From Adineta vaga (taxonomy: Eukaryota > Animalia > Rotifera), in NCBI GenBank assembly GCA_021613535.1, contig CP075496.1:8184001-8248000 (forward strand): 64,000 nt of DNA, read 5' to 3'. Positions 54,219 through 64,000 of this stretch are shown one piece after another. The number at the start of each line of letters is the position of its first letter. Positions within the stretch are counted from its first letter, which is position 1. The position numbers were made by a program, and so were the translations under genes. The notes below the pieces were generated by a model. The model saw only the letters and a list, made by a program, of their open reading frames with translations. It was not told the DNA's origin and ran no database searches.

Positions 54219-55276
54219 GAAAAAGGCGAGATCATCATCTTACGGATAAAGACGATGATAATTATTTCAATACAATCATCTGAATGTGATGATTTCCATG
54301 TTTTATATCACTCTGCTTCTGACTGAATGTATTTGTTATTTTTGTTTCGATATTCAAAATATATTAAGAAAAAAGGATGACATCTACAAGAGCAGCGATG
54401 TATTACTAGCACAATATGTAAAAATTAAAATTGAAGTTTGCTCTAAATCAAAGTTTAAAATAGAATCAATTTATTTACTTAGAAATGATATACATACCTA
54501 TTGAACAAAGAAGGAAAATTCAAATGAACTTTTGATTACTATAGAATTTGCTCACCAATAGTGAGTTAGACTGAATCATTTTTGTATGATAGATAATGTT
54601 GTACGAATGAAATGTAAATGAATGAGAATATAGAATAGTTCTAATTTAATTGCCTGAAAAGATAAAACATTTATATTTATATTTCAAGCAAATCCTATCC
54701 ACTAAAAGATATGTCAATCATATGTTTAAATTTTTTGAAGTTCATATTCAACTCATGTTACTACGAACTCTGAAAACAAAAGAAAAATAAATTCTTGAGG
54801 TATTGCAAACTATCGTGGTAAAATACATATTTCTATACCATATTATTACTCAATTAGGTTCATATATGCGTAGAAAATTCGATATTTTTTATTGATGATT
54901 GTATTATTCAGCTGATTCTTGAGAATATTCTCAAGGACAACGATACATTTCGAAAGAATTAGAGTGTGCATTTTCTTGATATTCAGTCTAAAACGTATCT
55001 ATTCCATTTAACTACCAGAGAAATACAGCTGGTGAATAGATCGATTATGTTTCGCCAAATAATGTTTTGGTTTTAGTTTCAGGACATTCTGCAGATAGTT
55101 TAACAAAGCATGTTACCAAATAAAAAACACATCTGCTGTATTTGTTAGTCCATTTTACAGATATAATCATAAATTCAACAAAACATGTGCTTCTGATTGA
55201 ATGCATATCACTACCGTTCTTATTACAAAACCTTTTTTTATTAACCAACAATACATACTTCTCGCAAATAGTCGCG

Positions 55277-56234
55277 ATGTACTCTACTTGGATCACATGG
55301 TCTCTCATCATCTTCTCTTTTAGCATTCTCATTATGAAAATTCATGCTACAACATCAAGTGAACACATCATCTTCTGCTTTCTTTCATTTTCATTTTCAT
55401 TCCATATTTTACATTTCACATAGATCTCAATCCACAAAACACATCTCATCCACACTCTCTTCATTTCATTCCATCCATACCTCCTCACAATGGTACGAAA
55501 CAACACCATCATTCACAATTCTATATCTCTCTCACTCTCACTTATCTACTTTTTAGACACTAGCCATGATAACGAAGGCAAAGATCATGATACAGAACCA
55601 TTGAAAAACAATGGTCGTGGATCACATGAAGCATCTTCTCAAAGTATTCATTTTTTCTTTTCCTATCCGATAGTGATATTCTTGTCTAGATTATGCTGCT
55701 GAAAACAATGCAACACATGGTATACCAATTGATCAGTTTCAACAGATGATTCTCGATGAACATAACAAATATCGTCGACAATCATGTGCTGATAATCTTC
55801 AAGAAGACGATGAACTACATGCAGAAGCAATGAAACGAGCACATAGCTTGGCTAACGGACATGTTCTCCCATTACCTGATGAATACAATGAAAATGATTT
55901 TGAAATTGATACAGGTGATCCATCGAAGATCACAAGTAAGAATGCTTGTAGTTGTGTGATATTTGTAATGACTAAGAAATGTGTATTTGTAGGTGAAATG
56001 ATTGTGAAAGATTGGTTTGATCAATCAAAACATTACAATGTTGAAAAAGAAGAATCGGCATTGAAATATTGTCAACTGGTATGGAAGAGTTCTAAGAAGA
56101 TGGGTGTTGGTCATGCATATGATAGTCATAAGTTGTATGTGATAGTATTGTACAAACCATCTGGAAATCTTCGTGGTGAATTCGAAAGAAATGTCGGTTG
56201 TGGTTCTCAAAATCAGCAGAAGAAAAACAAATAG
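55277..56234 (+). CDS. Secreted CAP/SCP/PR-1 superfamily protein (GAPR-1-like), copy 1
   Basis: Signal MYSTWITWSLIIFSFSILIMKIHA, His-rich linker, ILDEHNKYR, WFDQSKHY, YCQLVWKSSKKMGVG, LYVIVLYKPSGN; 4 introns. Confidence 0.92.
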
Positions 56235-57213
56235 CTAGAGAACTTTTAGTTTTTTTCATCAAACAAAAAATATTTTTTTTTGTTTTAATATCTGATTAAT
56301 TCGATGAATAAAATCTTAAATATTCAGAGATTATTTCTAACTTGCTTCCAAGTTAATTCCAATTAATAACATTTACCTTGGAATAATATTCGGTATAGAG
56401 ACTGGTTTGATAGTTGGCGTGAAATTAATTCCATTTCAAGTCTCGTACCTCGAGAAGTTTGTTTAAATCACAAAGAACGAAACAAGTGACGTCAAACATT
56501 ATTAAGCAGTTACTATACACTACAGAATTGTTTGAGTAGTAATTTAGTCATAGTTTCACAGAATAGATTTTAGTGGAAAATAAGAAAAGAATCGTAGATA
56601 TAAATTTACAGGAAAAAAAAGGAACTAAAAGCAATACTGTTTTGTTAACAATCGAAGATTTCAAGAGTACCTGTTTATTGACAACCAACTATTCGTTACT
56701 TTGTTGAAAAGAATGAATTCATTTACGTATATTTTAGAACACTTTTCAACAGTGAAAATATGAATTGCATGTACATTGAAATTGCCTGAGAACCATTTCG
56801 ATACGAATCTCCTCCTCAATGTGTTCTTTCAATTCTTTCTATTTAAATTTCTTACGTTACTTCGCTCACCATTAGAGGCAAGTTTCAAGCGCAGAAGCCA
56901 AAAAAATCATAGACAGACATCTCTACGAAAGAAATCTCCATGCATACATAATAACAACAAATAATTCATCAAAATTATTATATGTATTACTGGAAAATAG
57001 CACTTTTTTTGCTTACTCTGATAGTAAACAGGCATGTACACATGTGATTTTTAATATGTTTTCATAAAAAGTCTTTCGTACAGTCGTGCATATAAACTGA
57101 TTGAAGTCAATCAATCGAAGATCTAAATAAATTATAAAATCATATGTATAAATAGATATATATATCAACATTTGTAAGAAACCTTTTCATTATTTCTGTT
57201 TAGAGAACCATAA

Positions 57214-57837
57214 ATGAAGAAAACTCGTCGATCAAAACCTGATTCTCAAAGCCAAATAATTTCTTTCATTTCAGTTATTCTTGGTGTGATTGCATTAGTT
57301 TTGACTTGTGTCGGCGTCGCAACACCTAGTTGGTACGTCAGATATACACTCGATAGTAATTACGGCGTATTTTATAAAAGCTCTTCGGCTAATTTTTTCT
57401 ATTCATGCACTTATTTCATTGATGGCTCATTCGGTAGGTGCGTAAAACGTAATGACTCATCCTATGCTTATCCTTCTTTTGCACAAATCGCTTGGACGGA
57501 TGGTTACTCTCAACGTATGCAAAATGCTGGTGCTCTATGCATTGTTGGTATTATTTTTCTAACTGTCGGTACCATAACTACATTTGTTATGACAGTGATT
57601 TATCTTCCGCTGTGGATTAATTTTCTACCACCTGTAGTACTATTTCTCGCTTGTCTTTTCATGGTCGCTGGCATGGCTGAAGGTTCAAATTTTTTTATTT
57701 ATAATGGTTATTCAGTTATTCTTTATCAAAGTGGCCATGTAATAACCATATTTGCTTTGTTAACAAGTGCACTTGCAGCAGGTCGTAACCATTTCGCACG
57801 TTCCACTGAAGCACATATAAATACTGTTCCACAATAA
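57214..57837 (+). CDS. Claudin/PMP22-like tetraspan membrane protein, copy 1 (single coding exon)
   Basis: Four hydrophobic helices, ATPSW after TM1, NFFYSC-x10-C in loop 1, GYS..L before TM4. Confidence 0.85.
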   Translation: MKKTRRSKPDSQSQIISFISVILGVIALVLTCVGVATPSWYVRYTLDSNYGVFYKSSSANFFYSCTYFIDGSFGRCVKRNDSSYAYPSFAQIAWTDGYSQRMQNAGALCIVGIIFLTVGTITTFVMTVIYLPLWINFLPPVVLFLACLFMVAGMAEGSNFFIYNGYSVILYQSGHVITIFALLTSALAAGRNHFARSTEAHINTVPQ

Positions 57838-58515
57838 TTTAAAATATATATTGATTTCATTGAGCTACTGCGATCGTTTATGTACCTACAGTCTATATCG
57901 AGTTACACATTATTTAGTTTATTCAATAAAGATGATTAAATACTGATAAAATTACAAAAAAAAACTTTTCTATCACCATTATCAGTCTTATGTGCCTTTT
58001 CTATTTGATACATAACTTCTATTTAATTTCGTGCGATTTGTGTTTTCTTAGACATATGCTCCAGAAGTTTCTTTGCCTCTTAAACCGATGTTCATAATAA
58101 AAGGAATTTGTTTCGTTCATACTGCCTATTTTACCAACTGATCGTAGTAAAATATTGGTATATCCACGTAGAAACTGGGTACAGTAGAAAATGCAATACC
58201 AATTCCATTCCTATTTTCAAGACACTCATTCTATATTGATTTATTTCACATTTTTTTCTTATCTTTTTCTCGTTACTTCATCTTCCTCCAAATAATAATA
58301 CAGCATACTTACATACCTATAGTTTTGAGACAATCTCTAAGTAGATTAATATTCCTCTATCCTAAACAAAAACACACCTGCTACTCTCGTTAGTCTATTT
58401 TATAGATACACTCAAAAATGTAACAAAACATGTTTCCCATCCTGTGCAGTAACATTATTTTCAAATAAATTTTGCACTTCCAACAGAAAGTTAATACTTA
58501 TCAGAAAAGTCTATC

Positions 58516-59457
58516 ATGTTTTCTCCTTGGTTAGTAATTTCTTTCAGCATTTTCATTATGCAAATTCATGCTACAACATCAAGTGAACACATCATCTTCT
58601 GCTTTCTTTCATTTTCATTTTCATTCCATATTTTACATTTCACATAGATCTCAATCCACAAAACACATCTCATCCACACTCTCTTCAATTCATTCCATCC
58701 ATACCTCCTCACAATGGTACGAAACAACACCATCATTCACAATTCTGTATCTCTCTCACTCTCACTTATCTACTTTTTAGATACTAGCCATGATAACGAA
58801 GGCAAAGATCATGATACAGAACCATTGAAAAACAATGGTCGTGGATCACATGAAGCATCTTCTCAAAGTATTCATTTTTCTTTTCTTATCCGATACTGAT
58901 ATTCTTGTCTAGATTATGCTGCTGAAAACAATGCAACACATGGTATACCAATTGATCAGTTTCAACAGATGATTCTCGATGAACATAACAAATATCGTCG
59001 ACAATCATGTGCTGATAATCTTCAAGAAGACGATGAACTACATGCAGAAGCAATGAAACGAGCACATAGTTTGGCTAACGGACATGTTCTCCCATTACCC
59101 GATGAATACAATGAAAATGATTTTGAAATCGATACAGGTGACCCATCAAAGATCACAAGTAAGGATGAATGAAGTGATGTGATATTTGTAATGACTGAGA
59201 AATCTGTATTTGTAGGTGAAATGATTGTGAAAGATTGGTTTGATCAATCAAAACATTACAATGTTGAGAAAGAAGAATCGGCATTGAAATATTGTCAACT
59301 GGTATGGAAGAGTTCTAAGAAGATGGGTGTTGGTCATGCATATGATAGTCATAAGTTGTATGTGATAGTATTGTACAAACCATCTGGAAATCTTCGTGGT
59401 GAATTCGAAAGAAATGTCGGTTGTGGTTCTCAAAATCAGCAGAAGAAAAACAAATAA
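58516..59457 (+). CDS. Secreted CAP/SCP/PR-1 superfamily protein, copy 2
   Basis: Signal MFSPWLVISFSIFIMQIHA. Mature protein is essentially identical to copy 1 (offset ~3223 nt). Confidence 0.92.
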
Positions 59458-61292
59458 CTAGAGAACTTTGTCGATCTATTATCATTTATTTAAAAATATT
59501 CAACTAATAAATTATAATCGGAGATGGAATTCATTTCTTTTGTGAAAAAGAAAAATAGAAGGAACGATCAGCTTGTTGTGATACCGAAGTAAACACTAAA
59601 TCGTCATCATCTACTAAACATGAGTTAAGCATAAGTTAATTAAGGATTAACATGTAGAATATAATGAACGAATGTTTTCAGTTTTCATATAGAGAATATA
59701 TCGATGGAGCATATGTAATATTGGAGCTTATTGAAATTATTTTGAAATTGATCTGTTAAGAGTATTCTAAGTTGTAAACATCTAATCTGACTGATTAAAA
59801 ATAGTGTTTTCAATCAAAAGCCAACGGATAGCATTACCATTCATATTAGTGTATTGTTTGAAATAATTACTTTCTATTCAATTGAAAGAGATGCTTTCTC
59901 TGTTTCTTTCATGCCGACTAATACAGAATGATCGATAATATTAGGATACAACTCGAAAAACCATTAACATTTTGCGGCGAAATATTGTTCTATGATCGCT
60001 AAAAATTCTTTTTTTTGAAGACGTCGATAGAAAAACAAACTGGAATGAAATTAGTTTCTCCATTATAATGAATTCTTTCCACTTAACAACAAAGATTTAA
60101 CAAATAGAATAATTCTGCTCCGATGCTTCTCAATTCGATGAAACAAAAAAAAATCATTTCCTTTGGTCTAATCGATTAATGAAAACGAAGTTAATAATCA
60201 CGTTAAAAATGAAATTACAAATACATAATCAACATAGACATTATAAAATGTGTCAAATATTGATTGAATGAACCATTCGATCATTCTATTTAGAACTATT
60301 CTCGATGAATTGTGAAGTCTATTTTGTACTTTTGCATAAGATGAAAATGCGCACTTCTATTTACATGTTCTTGAATAAGTGAACAAAAATTCTCAGTACT
60401 GTACATTTGAGAGAGGAGTACCAATTCAACTCATAACTGTTTTAATGAAATGGTGTTATATAAAAGTCGTAAAGAAAAAACAAGTACGAAGAAAGCAATC
60501 TTTCATACACGATAATCACTGAAAAATATTGATCAAATCAATTTGAAGATTTGAATATTTCATTCATACATTCTCTGTACTATGTTGTATTGTGTCGATA
60601 CAATATTTTCTCTTGAAGCGTCAATAATCATAGAGTAAAGATCGAGAAAAGTGTGTAGTAATAGAACTTTCAAAGGGCATAGAGTCGAATTGTAAAATTC
60701 AACAATTGCTCCCTTGGCAACAATGAAGTGCTAAAATGACGTTATTTCTTTTTCATTATTCGTAAAGTTGTGATTAGCACAATCAATGATAGATGACGAA
60801 AAAATTTTTTTTCGAATTTTTTACTCTTTTTTTTCTCTTTCTACATGAATCAGTTCTTAGAACGTACGAGAGAGAGAGAAAGAAGGAAGAAATGAACAGA
60901 ATAATATGCTAATAGAATTTCAGAATATACTAACCAATAATGAATCATTTACTAAAGCTAGACTGTTTGTTACTAAGCATTGAGATTTTTCTCTATATTC
61001 TCTTTGTTTGTTAGTCCTAAGAATAGCGAAGGAAAAGAAGCATACATGTTTATTTGTAACTGTCAACATCACATTTCTCGCACCTTCTCGGTTAAGTAGT
61101 ACAAATCTTCTTGTGAACCTGAAATCTGTAACTTAGCTACGAATATAGTATAAAGGGACGAATACTTTCCGTTATTATTAAAAAAAAACGTACAACTAAT
61201 CAATTGATAAACATAAGGTATGTGAAAATGCTTCAAATTGATGATAGTTATTCTTTTATTTATTTATTTATATCAATATAGACATCAAAAGA

Positions 61293-61885
61293 ATGGGTCC
61301 ATCACCGGATAGTATGAGTCAAAAGATTGCCTTTATTGCAGTCGCTTTTGGTACGATTGCATTGATACTTGTCTGTGTTGGTGTTGCAACACCGAATTGG
61401 TATTTAGGATATACTCCAACCAGTTCGACTGACTATTATAAAAGTACATCGGCTAATTTCTTTTATTCATGCAGTTTTGGAAGTGATGGTACATATTATA
61501 ATTGTACAAGACGTGAAAATGGACTTTTCTATTATCCATATAGTTCTAATTGGGGATGGGCAACTGACTTTTCTTATCGTATGCGAAATGCAGGTGCTCT
61601 CTGCATTGTTGGTATTATTTTGCTAGCTGCAGGTGTTATACTTACCTTCATTATGGCCTTAGTTTATTTACCAGCATCGGTTAATCTTTATCACCAGTGT
61701 TGCTCTTCCTTGCTTGTCTTTTTATGCTTGCTGGTATGGCTGAAGGTTCACGCTTTCTAATTTGTAATGGCTATTCAGCAAATCTTTATCAAACAGGTCA
61801 TTTGTTGACTATGTTCACTCTCTTTTTGAGCGCATTTGCTGCTGGTCGTATTCATTTTTCAGCTACGACTGGTGCTGGAAATTAA
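61293..61885 (+). CDS. Claudin/PMP22-like tetraspan protein, copy 2, with a 1-nt frameshift near 61687-61689 (sequencing error or null allele)
   Basis: ORFs 61293-61760 and 61697-61885 align to the N- and C-halves of copy 1. Adding one T to the TTT run gives NLLSPVLLFLA, versus NFLPPVVLFLA in copy 1. Confidence 0.8.
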
Positions 61886-62608
61886 TACAGTTAAAAACAA
61901 GTGTTCATACACATATAAACTTTTTTTTTCATATTTTCTGTATGATTTCTTTTAATCTTTATCTTTTTGTTTGATTCTTATCATAATACATAGTACTGAA
62001 TGAACTTCAGTTCAAAATCGTGTATAAGCATAACGAATAAGAAAACATGTGAAGACAGAAAAAAAAGTATGAACATCCTTGATGACATATGGTTCATTCT
62101 CATATATTATAAGATTGATTTCAATTGCAAATCTATGCAAGAGAAAAGTTGACGTTTGACATAATCAATAGTCAAATATCTTCATTTACGTTTTATTAAT
62201 GTGAAATTTCTCGTTTGAAATGATTTTGTAACTATATCAACTTAAACTTAGATAATGTATCAAAACAGAAGACAGAAAAAGCAAAAGAGCAATATAGTTA
62301 GATATACTATTTATAAATACATATGTGTTCTAAGTTATATCCACATAAGATATACTGTAGATCAATTTATTTTTGAAAAAAATACACTCAAAACGTCTTA
62401 TTTCTTATTTAATGAATTGCACACTAATTGTAACTAACATACTATACAATTTTTGATATTCTCTATCAGTCTTTTGTTAAACAATCGGTCTTGTTTCGAG
62501 AAATGTTTTCTTGAATGTAGTTTGTTTAACATGACATCTGTTTTTTATTTCATTATTATATAAATAAGAAACAATTGGATATGTTTTTCTATCAATTTAT
62601 CAAGCAAG

Positions 62609-63199
62609 ATGATCTATCAAAACATTGATTTATTTCAATATTTCTACTCAATAGATCAGTATTGTACGTGTTGATCGCAAGATTCAATAGGCAATTCCAA
62701 TGGATTTCCTAGTATTCCAGGTAAAAATTCTGTTTAGATATTGAGATTTTATGAGTACTTTTCTTTAGCTGATCTTCTATCAAGTCTAAATAAAGCATGC
62801 ACTGATGATACTTATCCGCATCATGAATTATCAGATTGTATTAATGATGCTGGTAGAAATGGTGATGTTTATCAACTTAAATTTGATTATGGATTTTGGG
62901 ATCATATGATTCATAAATTAATTATTGGACTATTATCACAAGTAAAAACGATTACTAGAAGCAAATTAATGTTTTTTAATGCAGATAATAACGGCATATT
63001 AGATGATATTGACGATCCTATTCAATATACATCATATCTACATGATCTGGGACAATCAATTGATATTTTACATCACAATTTTTTATTCTCTTATGCAATA
63101 TGTTTTTTAAATTACTCTATAAAGATTTTTATTTTTTTTGAATTTTATTCAAGCAAATTCATTGTTTGTTATTACTGGTCCAGTTCTATTCTCAATTGA
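62609..63199 (+). pseudogene. Degraded gene fragment of unknown family
   Basis: Apparent GT-AG intron 62721-62768 followed by protein-like sequence (DAGRNGDVYQLKFDYGFWD). The upstream exon is interrupted by stops and the ORF runs into intron-like T-rich sequence. Confidence 0.3.
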
Positions 63200-63474
63200 T
63201 TCACCAAAGCAACGTTACAATATTTCTTGTGACTGTCCAAACATGAATACGTGCATGTGGTTTTGAGGTGATCGAGCAACTAGTGTGAAAGCATATAATT
63301 CAGTTCTTTTGTTCTTCACTTTACAAGACATTAGCAATCGAACATTAACATATGTCAAATTTATTCAAAATCGTCGTCAAATTCTAGCAGCCTTATCACT
63401 TGTGAGATTATTTAGTACGAAACAAGGTATAATTTCATATTATTGAAGTGAAAAAATCTTTTTTTTTATTTCAG

Positions 63475-64000
63475 TTTGTAATAGTTTACCAAAAAATGTA
63501 TGGCTATCCGCTAGAAGTATGCGTCTACCACGCTATATTTTACGGCAACGTACTTAGAAAATAATAATCTGATTTTGATTGCTTGAGGAACATATAACAG
63601 ATTGAATGTTCTATCAAACGTATATATCTATGATCCAAATACTGGTTGTTATAATGTATCACAAATGAATACTTCTCGTATGAAGCATTCTGCAATTTAT
63701 TATAACAGATTTGGTATAGTTCTTATTATGGGAGGCGTTCTCAATTCTTCAGAATTAGTTTCCATTGTTGCTTCAGTATCACACGCAGTAATGAGTACAC
63801 CTCGCTATCATCATGTAATCGACATCATCTTCACCTCCAATCTTCTCATTGTTGGTAGAAAAGGAGTTGGCAATTCTTCGGAGACAATCGAAGAATATAT
63901 ACGAAATTCATTTAGTTTTCAGGTAATAGCGGAAAATTACAGGTGGTAATAATCATTGGCACGTATTTTCGACCTGTTATTTATATCATGTTGACTACAA
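63475..64000 (+). pseudogene. Kelch-repeat (beta-propeller) gene remnant
   Basis: WLSARSMRLPR..TAT, LIA*G (TGA in place of a GG glycine), VYIYDPNTG, MNTSRMKHSA..VLIMGG, MSTPRYHH..LLIVG. Frameshift and stop present; runs to the window edge. Confidence 0.7.

Noticed and set aside
40414-59457. Repeats as pure assembly duplication
   Set aside because: Copies carry distinct substitutions and unique, exon-bearing flanks, so simple duplication is unlikely. Read-level confirmation is still advisable.
59460-61290. Long intergenic region examined for ncRNA or a mobile element
   Set aside because: It is AT-rich, with only a short (GA)n run and no recognisable structure, ORF or terminal repeats.

Overview
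This is gene-dense, very AT-rich eukaryotic DNA with many short (~45-70 nt) GT-AG introns. The architecture and gene content fit a bdelloid rotifer (Adineta/Rotaria-like); the organism call is inference. After a housekeeping start (AHCY, aquaporin), the window is mostly secreted or cell-surface genes. These are a mucin/beta-sandwich protein, a type II membrane protein with a His/Thr tail, a secreted App1-type phosphatase, a ~21x EGF protein, a GPI-type EB-module protein, a GPI-type trypsin, a secreted protein of unfamiliar ~48-aa repeats, an intronless bacterial-like DUF4855 protein and two helical orphans. One intracellular CAP-Gly/MTUS-like gene follows. Next is a 16.7-kb, ~80-exon gene made of 9 beta-sandwich domains joined by phase-0 micro-exons, with two triplicated, nearly identical exon cassettes. 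The window ends with a duplicated [CAP + claudin-like] gene pair and degraded fragments. I saw no rRNA, tRNA, CRISPR array or recognisable transposon. Exon models were read by hand, so internal boundaries are approximate.
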